Positions 18,189-26,901 of a DNA stretch of 64,000 nt are shown here, piece by piece. Position 1 is the stretch's first letter; each line of letters begins with the position of its first letter. Below the pieces are notes generated by a model. That model worked only from the letters and a program-made list of their open reading frames with translations, had not been told where the DNA came from and did no database searches. The position numbers and the translations under genes were made by a program. Source of the DNA: Candidatus Zixiibacteriota bacterium (GTDB lineage: Bacteria; Zixibacteria; MSB-5A5; DSPP01); the NCBI GenBank assembly GCA_022614805.1, contig JAKEHY010000020.1:89449-153448 (forward strand). The letters run 5' to 3'.

Positions 18189-19438
18189 TTCAACACCCCT
18201 CGGCTTGTTAAAAGCGGATGGCAGAGCTCGGCCAGCTTGGCGGCTCCATCCAAGGGCAGGGGATTTTTCTTACGTGCCTGAAAAAGCTTGTTGGTGGGGT
18301 CATTTATCATCGAATAGACCACGTCGAATAGTTTTCCGGGTGATAAATCCACGGGAGAAATATAATTCACCAGCCCCAACTCCGACAGCCGCTGGGCTCG
18401 AAGCAGTTGCTCCTTGCGAGGGTAAATCCTTGGAATAATTAAGGCCTTTCTTGCCGATGATAGAATTTCTACCACGGTATTATACCCTCCCATGGAAATG
18501 ACCAAATCCGCTTTTTCAAAATGGGGAGCAAGTTCCGGCAGAAATTCTTCAAATCGGACGGGTAATCCGATCGCTTCTGCAATCAACATTCTTCTCCATT
18601 TTTCCTGCATAAAGGGGCCGAGAACAATGGTTGTTGCGGCGTTGATTTCATCACCCAACTCTTTCAGCATAACCAAGTAGTTGTACACGATTTCCATCCC
18701 ATCTTCGCCACCTCCGATGGTCAAAAGAATTTTTTGCCGAGCGGAACGCCCGACTTTTTTAGCGGGCGAACTTGATGAGGGGTTACCGTCGCTAATAAAT
18801 CCTGTAAAGTCGGTTTTTTCCCGGGCCTTACAGCCAAAACGGTATTCACTGACCGGATCAAAGAACTTGGAAGTCCCGTATATGAAAATCCGGTCGTACA
18901 CTTCGTCCAGAACGGGATAAACCCCTTCCGTCTCCCAGGCCGCGCAAACCTTTTCCGGTTCGTCCAAAATGTCCCGCAGCCCCAAAACCAGCGCGGGAGA
19001 ACTGTTTTTGGCTTTCAGTTCCTGAAGGGTTTTCTTGATTTCCCCCTTCATTCCCAGCGGGGCGTGGTCCACTAGAAAAATGTGGGGCTGGAACGTGCGA
19101 ATCGCTTCGGAAATCAAGTTCTGACGCAATTCAAAAATCTTTTCAAAAGAGCTCCCCAGCGAACGGGGCTGGTAGCGGCTTTCTCCGACTTTCACCACCG
19201 CCGGCAGCTTGATGAAATCGGTCCCCTCCGGCAGGCGGTATCGCTCCGCCTGCTGCTGGCCGGTCACAATTAAAATGGCGCTTTGCGGATAGGCGGAGTT
19301 AAACGCTTTGGCAATTTTCAAACAGCGCCGGAAATGCCCCAATCCAAAAGTGTCGTGGGAATAGATTAAAAGTCGAGGGGGCTCGGCTGCCTTCTCGGTG
19401 ACCGCGCGTGGGACAACTGGTGCGGGCTCAAGCTTCAT
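18185..19438 (-). CDS. GT-B glycosyltransferase, GT28 C-terminal-like (COG4671 type)
   Basis: YSHDTFGLGH..R, LGLRDILD, GGGEDG, SMGGYNT, EQLLRA. Start reassigned to ATG 19438. Confidence 0.8.
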   Translation of the reverse strand: MKLEPAPVVPRAVTEKAAEPPRLLIYSHDTFGLGHFRRCLKIAKAFNSAYPQSAILIVTGQQQAERYRLPEGTDFIKLPAVVKVGESRYQPRSLGSSFEKIFELRQNLISEAIRTFQPHIFLVDHAPLGMKGEIKKTLQELKAKNSSPALVLGLRDILDEPEKVCAAWETEGVYPVLDEVYDRIFIYGTSKFFDPVSEYRFGCKAREKTDFTGFISDGNPSSSSPAKKVGRSARQKILLTIGGGEDGMEIVYNYLVMLKELGDEINAATTIVLGPFMQEKWRRMLIAEAIGLPVRFEEFLPELAPHFEKADLVISMGGYNTVVEILSSARKALIIPRIYPRKEQLLRAQRLSELGLVNYISPVDLSPGKLFDVVYSMINDPTNKLFQARKKNPLPLDGAAKLAELCHPLLTSRGVLK

Positions 19439-20841
19439 GCTTCTCCCGGTTTCTGACCCATTCCGAGATAATTGAAGCCGAGGCGAGCCAAGATTTCCGG
19501 CACCAGCAGGTTGCGGGCGTCCACAATGTTTTTGGATTTCATCTTTTGGCCGATTTCCTCCCAGTTCAGGGCCATAAACTCCGGCCATTCCGTCAGAACA
19601 ACCAAAGCATCCGCTTTTTCGGCAACCTCTTCCGGATTGGGGGCCAGCTTCAGCTCCGGCCAGAGTGCACGGGCCTCCCCCTCTGCTACCGGGTCGTAGG
19701 CCTGCAGCAAGGCCCCCTTTTCTTCAAGCCGTTTCATCACGGCCAAAGCCGGCGAACTGCGCAAGTCGTTGGTATGGGCTTTGAAGGTCAGCCCCAGAAC
19801 GCCGATGGTTTTTCCTTTCAATGTTCCGACCAGCTTCTCCAGTTTCCCCACCACCAGCCGGGGCTGGCGGGCGTTGGCCTCCTTTACCGCCTCGGCGATG
19901 GAGAGGCGCACCCCTTGTTTTCGGGCCAGGTTTAAGATGGCGTCCAAGTCCTTCGGCAAACAGGAGCCGCCGAAGCCGGGGCCGGGGTTTAGAAACTCCG
20001 GGCTGATGCGGGAATCCAGTCCCATTCCACGGGTCACCTCGGTGACGTTTAGGCCCGCCGCATCGCACAGGTTGGCCAGCTCGTTGACAAAGGCCACCTT
20101 GGTGGCCAGAAAAAGATTGGAGGCGTATTTAATCATTTCGGCCGTTTCGTTGTTGGTGACCACGATGGGGCAGGCATCCATCATCCCGACTCGGTAGAGC
20201 TGGGCAATCGTTTCAATTGCCTCCGGCTGGTCGCCGCCGATGACAATCCGCTGGGGCCGAAAGAAGTCCATCACCGCGGTCCCTTCGCGCAAAAACTCCG
20301 GATTGGAAACGACTGCCACCTGTTTTTTGGCGGCGCCGTTTTTGGACAACCGATTTCGCACCTGCAAAGCGGTGCCCACCGGCACGGTCGATTTCAAAAC
20401 GAGAATCTGTTTCGGTGTCAAAAGCGGCCCCAAGGTTTCCACCACTTCAAAAACGGCGGAAAGGTCCGCCTCGCCGGAGGGGAGGGAAGGGGTGCCCACA
20501 GCTAAAAAAATCGCATGCGCGCCTTTTATCGCTTCGGCCAGTTCGGAAAAAACACCCAGTCGGTGGCGGCGGAGGTTGGCTCCAAACAGTTCGGGCAAGC
20601 CGCGCTCGTGTATTCGAATTCGTCCGGCACGCAGTTCTTTCGATTTATCGGGGTCTTTTTCCACCAACGCGACCGTGTGGCCAAACTGGGCAAATCCGGC
20701 GGCCGCCACCAGCCCCACAAACCCGCCCCCCAGAACGGCCACCCGAAGCCCGGTGGAAGGATAGACCGGAAGCCCGGCTTCGGTGGCCAGCCCGTGCGAC
20801 AGTTCCCTCTTCTTTAGCTTGTTGTCGGTATCAGTCCGCAA
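19435..20841 (-). CDS. ugd: UDP-glucose/GDP-mannose dehydrogenase
   Basis: GGGFVG Rossmann motif, SNPEFLREG, IKYASN, GFGGSCLPKD catalytic Cys. The start codon (TTG 20841) is uncertain. Confidence 0.9.
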   Translation of the reverse strand: MRTDTDNKLKKRELSHGLATEAGLPVYPSTGLRVAVLGGGFVGLVAAAGFAQFGHTVALVEKDPDKSKELRAGRIRIHERGLPELFGANLRRHRLGVFSELAEAIKGAHAIFLAVGTPSLPSGEADLSAVFEVVETLGPLLTPKQILVLKSTVPVGTALQVRNRLSKNGAAKKQVAVVSNPEFLREGTAVMDFFRPQRIVIGGDQPEAIETIAQLYRVGMMDACPIVVTNNETAEMIKYASNLFLATKVAFVNELANLCDAAGLNVTEVTRGMGLDSRISPEFLNPGPGFGGSCLPKDLDAILNLARKQGVRLSIAEAVKEANARQPRLVVGKLEKLVGTLKGKTIGVLGLTFKAHTNDLRSSPALAVMKRLEEKGALLQAYDPVAEGEARALWPELKLAPNPEEVAEKADALVVLTEWPEFMALNWEEIGQKMKSKNIVDARNLLVPEILARLGFNYLGMGQKPGEA

Positions 20842-21032
20842 GAGTCGGTCTCATTTCTTGCTTAATAACAAATGCAATAATCCCTCCCCCAAAACTACAT
20901 CAATATATATGCCGAAAGCAGTGGTTGTGACTAACTGATTGCCGTGCGGGATGTTACGGTTTTGCGAAGGCGTCAATTAGGCAAGGTGGATTGGTTGATT
21001 TCAACCAAACGGTTTCTTTCAACCAGCTAATA

Positions 21033-22424
21033 CTATAGCCCAAATTTCTGAACCCGATAGCGCAACGCTTCCCGGCTCAACTTCAATTTTCGAGCGGCTT
21101 CGGAAACGTTACCCTCTGACTCTTCAAGGGCGCGGACAATCAATTGCTTTTCCACTTCTACTATATCTATGCCGTCCGGGCCGAATTCCACCTTTACGGC
21201 CGTGTTCGGGCCAACTGCCACCAAGGGGGGCTTTCCGGCCTGCAACCGCAAATCGGCCGGCTCGATTTCCCCGCCGGATGAAAACAGGAGGGCCCGCTCC
21301 AAAAGCTGCCGCAGCTCCCGCACGTTGCCGGGCCAAGCGTAGTCCTGAAGCATCTTTTTCGACGGTTCGCTTAGTTTTTTGAAGCCCGGCCCGCCGGGCC
21401 TTTTGTTGGCCGCTTTTTGCAAAAAATGCTCGGCCAGAAGCAGAATGTCCTTTTTTCTTTCCCGCAGGGGGGGCAGAGTGAGGGTGACGTGATTCAACCG
21501 GAAAAAAAGGTCCTGTCGGAACTGGCCGGTCTTTACGGCCTGGCCCAAATCCCGGTTGGTGGCGGCGATGATGCGCACGTCTATGGATAAATCCCGCAAG
21601 CCGCCCACGTGGCGCAGCTTTTTCTGTTCAATCAGGCGCAAGAGTTTGGCCTGGGATTCCGATGACAGATCGCCGATTTCATTTAAAAACAAAGTCCCCC
21701 CTTCGGCCACCTCCGCCAGCCCCCGCTTGGATTGACGGGCATCGGTGAAAGCCCCCTTTTCATAGCCGAACAACTCCCCTTCCTCCAGCCCGCGCGGCAG
21801 GGTGGGACAGTTTACTTCGATGAAAGGGGCGGCGGAAAAAGCGCTTTTGAAGTGCAAAAGCCGGGCAACCAGGTCCTTCCCCGTCCCGGTTTCCCCCAAA
21901 ACCAAAACCGGCGGCAGTTCTGAAACTTTCACCATGACCAACTCGGAAAGTTTCTTGATGAAAGCCCGTACCTCGCGCGCTCTTGAGCTTTCTCCCAAGA
22001 ATTCCTCTTCCGCAAGCCGCTCGGCCTCCCGCTTTTGATAAAAGGAAACCGTGCGCGCCAGCCGGGCGTGCGCAAGGGCCCGCTCGATGGCGATCGCCAC
22101 CTCGTCGGTGTCCAGGGGCTTGCGCAAAAAATCGATTGCCCCCAGCTTCATCGCCTCCACGGCCGAGGCGATGGTGCCGTAAGCGGTCACGATGATGACT
22201 AGGATGTTGGGGTCGGTTTCCCGGATTTTTTTCAGGGCCTCCAGCCCGGAAAGCCCGGGCAGCTGCATATCCAAAAGCACTATATCGGGCAAAAGTTTGT
22301 CCAGAAGCGAAAGCCCCTCCTCCGCCGTCCCCACCGCCGAGGCCTCATGGCTCTTTTGGGAAAGCGCCCGGGAAAGGGAACGCCCCAAAAGAATTTCGTC
22401 GTCGATGATTAAAATCTGCGCCAT
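21033..22424 (-). CDS. Sigma54-dependent response regulator (NtrC family)
   Basis: Receiver domain (IIDDE, LLDMQLP), GETGTGK, GAFTDA, WPGNVREL, Fis-type HTH. Confidence 0.92.
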   Translation of the reverse strand: MAQILIIDDEILLGRSLSRALSQKSHEASAVGTAEEGLSLLDKLLPDIVLLDMQLPGLSGLEALKKIRETDPNILVIIVTAYGTIASAVEAMKLGAIDFLRKPLDTDEVAIAIERALAHARLARTVSFYQKREAERLAEEEFLGESSRAREVRAFIKKLSELVMVKVSELPPVLVLGETGTGKDLVARLLHFKSAFSAAPFIEVNCPTLPRGLEEGELFGYEKGAFTDARQSKRGLAEVAEGGTLFLNEIGDLSSESQAKLLRLIEQKKLRHVGGLRDLSIDVRIIAATNRDLGQAVKTGQFRQDLFFRLNHVTLTLPPLRERKKDILLLAEHFLQKAANKRPGGPGFKKLSEPSKKMLQDYAWPGNVRELRQLLERALLFSSGGEIEPADLRLQAGKPPLVAVGPNTAVKVEFGPDGIDIVEVEKQLIVRALEESEGNVSEAARKLKLSREALRYRVQKFGL

Positions 22425-23861
22425 TTAACTTTCCTCCCGCCAGAGGGGTAAGGTGAGGGTCATCGTCGTGCCCGCTCCCGGACGGCTTTCCACTTTAATG
22501 GAGCCGCCGTGCAAATCGACGATTTTTTTGGCCTGCGCTAACCCCAAGCCGGTGCCGCCCGGCTTGTCGGTCACAAACGGCTTGAAGACCCGCTCGATAA
22601 AAACCGGGGGGATTCCCTTGCCGGTGTCGCTAACGCGCAGGACCGCTTCTTTGCTGTCAGCGGCGGCTTCGATAGTAAGGGATCCTCCTTTGTCCATTGC
22701 TTCGACGGCGTTTACGATTAAGGCCGAAAGCACCTGCTCCATCAAAACCAGGTCGACCAAAACGGGAGGCAACGCAGCCAGATGGGTGGTCACGCCGATT
22801 TTCTTGGACTCCAGTAACGCTTCGTTCAATCCGAGGGTCTCGTAAACCAGTTGCGGCAACTCGGTTTTGGTTGGCTGGAGATCCAAGGGCTTGGCAAATC
22901 CGAGAAGCCTTTGTATCCAGACATCCAGCTTGTCCACGGACTGAATGATGTCCGCCAGCGACTCTTTAATGGCCGGCTGGCTTTGGCACTCCGCCAGCAT
23001 CACCTGCGAAGCGGCCCGAATCCCAGCCAAGGGATTGCGGATGTTGTGGGTGGCAAAGGCGGCCAGCTCCCCCAAAGCTGCCAACCGTTCCTGCGCGCGC
23101 ATCTTTTGCTCGTACTCTTTCAGCGCTTTGGCCATCCGGTTGATGGCTCCAGCAAGTGCACCCCATTCGTCCTGACTTTGCACGACCACTTTGGCTTCGA
23201 AGTCCCCCCGGCTGATTTTGGCGGTCACACGCCCCACTTCTGCTATTGGGCCGGCCAGCCAGCGCTGCAGAAGAAAAACGGTAGCGAGTAGTTGGGCCAA
23301 AGCGAGAAGGGCTGCTCCGCCCACCAGATAGGTAATGAGATTGCCGGAGCTGGCCGCCGCCGAAAGGGCGGCTTTTTCCAGCCCCTGATAGTACTGGTTC
23401 AAAACCGCCACGTCGGAGGTCACCTCGTTGCCGATTTCGTCCAATCTTTCAGCCCGCCGCTCCTTCGGGTTTCGTGCCCCAGCAGCGGAGGGCTTGAATA
23501 TGTTTTGCGCAACATAAACCAATTCCCGCTGGGTCTCCTCCAGGGCTTCCAGATGGTCAGTCTCCTCCTCCGTTTCGGCGGCCGACTTCAGTTGTCCCAT
23601 CTGCTGGACGACCCGTTCCTGAATGCTCCAGAAATCGGGCTCGGCACTCCGGTCACCGGAAAGAAAATCGCTGCCGGCCGAAATCTGGCGGTATATGTCG
23701 GCCCGCAACCGCTCGGCGGCTACTCCCTGATTGTAGGCCCGGGAAAGGTCTGCGGCCGAACGCCGCCAGCGCCTCGAAGCCCAGAGAGCAGCTGTGCCGA
23801 TGGCCAGTACGACCAAGAACAAAAGCACATAACTTAAAGTCAGCCGGGAGCGGATACTCAT
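22425..23861 (-). CDS. Sensor histidine kinase (two TM helices, periplasmic helical domain, HAMP, HisKA, HATPase)
   Basis: HNIRNPL H-box, DTGKGI, GTGLGL. Adjacent to the response regulator. Confidence 0.92.
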   Translation of the reverse strand: MSIRSRLTLSYVLLFLVVLAIGTAALWASRRWRRSAADLSRAYNQGVAAERLRADIYRQISAGSDFLSGDRSAEPDFWSIQERVVQQMGQLKSAAETEEETDHLEALEETQRELVYVAQNIFKPSAAGARNPKERRAERLDEIGNEVTSDVAVLNQYYQGLEKAALSAAASSGNLITYLVGGAALLALAQLLATVFLLQRWLAGPIAEVGRVTAKISRGDFEAKVVVQSQDEWGALAGAINRMAKALKEYEQKMRAQERLAALGELAAFATHNIRNPLAGIRAASQVMLAECQSQPAIKESLADIIQSVDKLDVWIQRLLGFAKPLDLQPTKTELPQLVYETLGLNEALLESKKIGVTTHLAALPPVLVDLVLMEQVLSALIVNAVEAMDKGGSLTIEAAADSKEAVLRVSDTGKGIPPVFIERVFKPFVTDKPGGTGLGLAQAKKIVDLHGGSIKVESRPGAGTTMTLTLPLWREES

Positions 23862-24799
23862 TGGGAAAAGATGCCGGAGTTTTTAAACCAGAGCACGGTT
23901 TTCCGCAGGGAGCGGGCAAAGTTGGCCTTTGGCAAAAAGCCCAAAACTTTCCGGGCCAGCTTGATATCCGCCCAGGTATGCAGAACGTCCCCCTGTTTGC
24001 GGGGAGAAAACTCCGGCTGGGAATTAGTTTGCAAAATCTTCTGCAATCCAGAAAAAAGCTTGTTGACCGAAATCCGCTTTCCGGAGCCGACGTTAAAAAC
24101 TCCTCCCACTGCTTTTTTCGACCGGGCTGCCAGTTCCGCCGCGTGGACCACATCCTCGACATAAACGAAATCGCGGGTCTGATTGCCGTCCCCGTAAATA
24201 GTGGGGGGATGCCCGGTCGAAAGCTTTCGGGTGAAGTTGGGAATGGCGTTGGCATACTGGGAAAAAGGATTTTGCCGTGGGCCGTACACGTTGAAAAGCC
24301 GCAGGGCCACCGTTTCCAGCCCGTACAGCCGCCAATACAGAGAACAGAGTTGCTCTCCCGCCAGTTTGGATAGGGCATACGGGGATTCCGGGTGGGGAGG
24401 AAAACTCTCCTTGAACGGCAGTTTGGGATACTCCCCGTAAACAGCGGAAGAGGAAGTGTACACCACCCGTTTTACTTTGGCCCGCCGCGCCGCCTCCAGC
24501 ACGTTATACGTCCCCTTTAAATTCACCTCCCAGGTGGTTAGCGGGTCTTCAAGTGAGGTTAAAACGGACACCACGGCCGCCAAATGAAAAACCGCATCCG
24601 CCCCTTCCGTCAAACGGCAAAGCAAATCAAAATCCCGCACATCCCCTTCCACCAACTCCGCGCGTTCAAGCCCGGACAGATTCTCTTTGCGCCCAGAGGA
24701 AAAGTTGTCCAGAATGACGACCAAATGCCTCTTTTTAAGGAGAGAGACAGCCAGATGGGAGCCGATGAAACCCGCTCCGCCGGTCACTAATGCGCGGAT
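23858..24799 (-). CDS. NAD-dependent epimerase/dehydratase (extended SDR), probably starting at a non-canonical ATC
   Basis: (I)RALVTGGAGFIGSHL, YALSK, RLFNVYGPRQ. GAGGAG SD lies 9 nt upstream of ATC at 24799. Confidence 0.88.
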   Translation of the reverse strand: MRALVTGGAGFIGSHLAVSLLKKRHLVVILDNFSSGRKENLSGLERAELVEGDVRDFDLLCRLTEGADAVFHLAAVVSVLTSLEDPLTTWEVNLKGTYNVLEAARRAKVKRVVYTSSSAVYGEYPKLPFKESFPPHPESPYALSKLAGEQLCSLYWRLYGLETVALRLFNVYGPRQNPFSQYANAIPNFTRKLSTGHPPTIYGDGNQTRDFVYVEDVVHAAELAARSKKAVGGVFNVGSGKRISVNKLFSGLQKILQTNSQPEFSPRKQGDVLHTWADIKLARKVLGFLPKANFARSLRKTVLWFKNSGIFSQ

Positions 24800-24851
24800 T
24801 GTTTAATTCTCCTCAAAAAATTCTCAAACTCATTCGTGGCCCGCAAAAAAT

Positions 24852-24871
24852 GGCATATCTAAAAATATGCC
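24852..24871. promoter_or_regulatory. Perfect inverted repeat GGCATAT-N6-ATATGCC, candidate operator or sigma54-like element
   Basis: Exact palindrome 53 nt upstream of the epimerase start. A half site also occurs at 20907-20913 upstream of ugd. Confidence 0.35.
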
Positions 24872-25125
24872 TCTCTAAAGCAATAAGCAAATGTTTTGAC
24901 TCGATTGGGGTGTAGCTACTACAAGTTGTATTAAAATACTTTGGAGGGCGGGTTCTTATCCGAGATGGGAGAATAAGCCGTAACGTGCCATATACTAAGA
25001 AGTTGCGACCCCTGTTTGAAGTGACCAATTAGGTTTTCTTTAGAAAGATTTCTATTTATGAAGAAGTGTATGTCCCCATCTCTTTCCGTAGATAGAACCT
25101 CTGTTGTGCGAAGTTCTTAAATTAG

Positions 25126-25200
25126 GGTGGGCAATGGGATTTGAACCCACGACCCCCAGGGCCACAACCTGGTGCTCTAACCAGCTGAGCTATGCCCACC
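25126..25200 (-). tRNA. tRNA-His (GUG), G-1 encoded, CCA not encoded
   Basis: Minus strand reads GGTGGGCATAGCTCAGCTGGTTAGAGCACCAGGTTGTGGCCCTGGGGGTCGTGGGTTCAAATCCCATTGCCCACC. Full cloverleaf with C73 discriminator, followed by CTA. Confidence 0.97.
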
Positions 25201-25236
25201 GTAATGAATGGGGGCTTACGAGAAGCCCTTGCCATT

Positions 25237-25265
25237 AGGATAATAGGAAAAAACCTTCCGCGCAA
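25237..25265 (-). promoter_or_regulatory. Sigma70-type promoter for tRNA-His
   Basis: TTGCGC-N17-TATCCT. Confidence 0.5.
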
Positions 25266-25297
25266 ATGGACGGCGTGAACGGCCCGGCCTTCTTTGC

Positions 25298-25388
25298 GTA
25301 GCGGAGAACTTCAGTCCTCCATGTAGGGGTTTGATTAATCAAACCCCCACGAGAGAATTTGTAGGCGCGGGTTTAAACTTGCGGTTAC
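25298..25388. repeat. Cluster of three GTAG-type REP palindromes (BIME-like) at the end of the cox operon
   Basis: GTAGCGGAGAACTTCAGTCCTCC, GTAGGGGTTTGATTAATCAAACCCCCAC and GTAGGCGCGGGTTTAAACTTGCGGTTAC. The last overlaps the coxC stop codon. Confidence 0.75.
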
Positions 25389-26167
25389 AACAAATATATC
25401 GTCGTGAACAAAAACACCCAGACGATATCGACGAAATGCCAGTACCAAAGGGAAGCCAGAAAGCCGAAATGCCTTCCGGCCGAAAAATGACCGAGCGCAA
25501 GCCGCACCCACACGGAGGCCAGCAAAACCAGCCCGACGGAGACGTGCAGCCCGTGGAAGCCGGTCATCGAGTAAAACTGGCTGCCGAAAACCCCTTTGTT
25601 GTGGACGAATTTGTCGAACTCGTGCAAATGCCCCCACTCGTAACCCTGGATGGAAAGAAAGACGGCCCCTAAAAGTATCGAAAACAAGACCCAGCGCTGG
25701 GAAGCCAGCCGCTTCCCTTTGACCAGGGCCTTGTGCCCCCATTCCATCGTAAAGGAGGAAAAAACTAAAAGCAACGTGGCCATCGCCGGCAGCCGGGTGT
25801 CCAAATGCGGGGCGCCGGTGGGCGGCCAGACGTCAAAGTGGACCCGGGTGTAAAAATGGTGGGCAAAAAAGGCTCCGAAAATCATCGCCTCCGAAATCAA
25901 AAAAAGCTTCATCCCGTTTTTCAACCAGTCGTATTCGCCGACGTCGTAGGCGATGGCATACTTTTCCCGGATGACCGAATGCACCCAGCCGCTCATCGCA
26001 AAAAGACAAATCAACGAGCCGGTGGCCAGAAGGATGATGCCGGCTTCCTTCGAACCCCAGGTCAAAACGACAAATCCGAACGGCAAAAATCCGGCGCCCA
26101 AACCCAGAATCGGCGGCCACCAGCTGCCGTGCCCGGCGTGGGCCGCTTCCGAATATGCTTGTTGCAT
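25385..26167 (-). CDS. coxC: Cytochrome c oxidase subunit III
   Basis: LFLISEAMIFGAFF, FYSMTGFHGLHV, YWHFVDIVW. Confidence 0.95.
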   Translation of the reverse strand: MQQAYSEAAHAGHGSWWPPILGLGAGFLPFGFVVLTWGSKEAGIILLATGSLICLFAMSGWVHSVIREKYAIAYDVGEYDWLKNGMKLFLISEAMIFGAFFAHHFYTRVHFDVWPPTGAPHLDTRLPAMATLLLVFSSFTMEWGHKALVKGKRLASQRWVLFSILLGAVFLSIQGYEWGHLHEFDKFVHNKGVFGSQFYSMTGFHGLHVSVGLVLLASVWVRLALGHFSAGRHFGFLASLWYWHFVDIVWVFLFTTIYLL

Positions 26168-26200
26168 ACGCTCCTTCTCCGTTGTGCCCGGCCGGTTCGC

Positions 26201-26353
26201 CTATTTCGGCGGCGTCGGGATGAAATGGAAAATCTTCATCAAAACAAAACTAACCGTCATCAAAGCCAAAGCGAAAAGCATCAAAACCACACCCAGCCGG
26301 CGGTTCTTCCGCTCGATTTTAAGTTCCCGTTCTTCCATGGCGGCGGTTCTCAT
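26201..26353 (-). CDS. Small 50-aa single-TM protein in the cox operon (not in the ORF track)
   Basis: MRTAAMEERELKIERKNRRLGVVLMLFALALMTVSFVLMKIFHFIPTPPK*. ATGA overlap with the ctaG stop; fills the gap before coxC. Confidence 0.65.
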   Translation of the reverse strand: MRTAAMEERELKIERKNRRLGVVLMLFALALMTVSFVLMKIFHFIPTPPK

Positions 26354-26877
26354 TTCTCCTCATGCAGGGGCTTCTGGAAAAGCGTGTAGTTCAACGTCAC
26401 CCGCTCCACATTCGAGTCCAAATCCGGGGCGATGGAAAAAACCACCGGCATCGCCACCTCCTGCCTGGGCAAAAGGGTCTGGTCCTCGAAGCAAAAGCAT
26501 TTTTTAAGCGAAAAGCGGGTCGCCGCCCCTTCCGGCAGAATGGAATGCACCGGGCGGAAGCGGATGGTATCCTTGGACAAATTCACGAACCGGTAAGCCG
26601 TCTCGGTCTGCTGCCCAAGCCGGACTTCCTTGGTGGCCTCGACCGCCTCGAAGACAATCGGCGCCCCGCCCGCGACCACTCCCATAAAGAGGACCTCCAC
26701 CTCGCGGTTGCTCGCAAGGGCGGCGCCGGACACTTTCGCCTCGGTATTGTTGGGGGAAAGCCCGAACCCCAACTTCCGGCAAAACATTTTGAAAGCCGGC
26801 ACGTTGGCAAAGGCAAAACCGAACATCAAAATTCCGAAAGCACCGAATGCCAGCCCCAGCTTTTTATTTTTGCTCAT
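26350..26877 (-). CDS. ctaG: Cytochrome c oxidase Cu-assembly protein CtaG/Cox11
   Basis: FANVPAFKMFC and KKCFCFEDQTL Cu-binding CFCF motif. Confidence 0.9.
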   Translation of the reverse strand: MSKNKKLGLAFGAFGILMFGFAFANVPAFKMFCRKLGFGLSPNNTEAKVSGAALASNREVEVLFMGVVAGGAPIVFEAVEATKEVRLGQQTETAYRFVNLSKDTIRFRPVHSILPEGAATRFSLKKCFCFEDQTLLPRQEVAMPVVFSIAPDLDSNVERVTLNYTLFQKPLHEEK

Positions 26878-26901
26878 CTCGAAAAGCTCCTTAACCGCCC
26901 C

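Noticed and set aside
20831-20854. Possible frameshift at the ugd start (ATG 20854 is out of frame)
   Set aside because: No homopolymer or SD supports it. An in-frame TTG at 20841 suffices and the N-terminal extension is non-conserved, so it cannot be resolved from sequence.
24984-24990. TGGCACG sigma54 -24 box on the minus strand
   Set aside because: The following GC is at N9, not N10, and there is no TTGC.
24813-25028. 71-aa ORF in the AT-rich gap next to tRNA-His
   Set aside because: No SD, atypical composition, and it overlaps the probable promoter region.
25298-25388. CRISPR array
   Set aside because: The palindromes differ from each other, there are no regular spacers and no cas genes. 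They fit GTAG-REPs.
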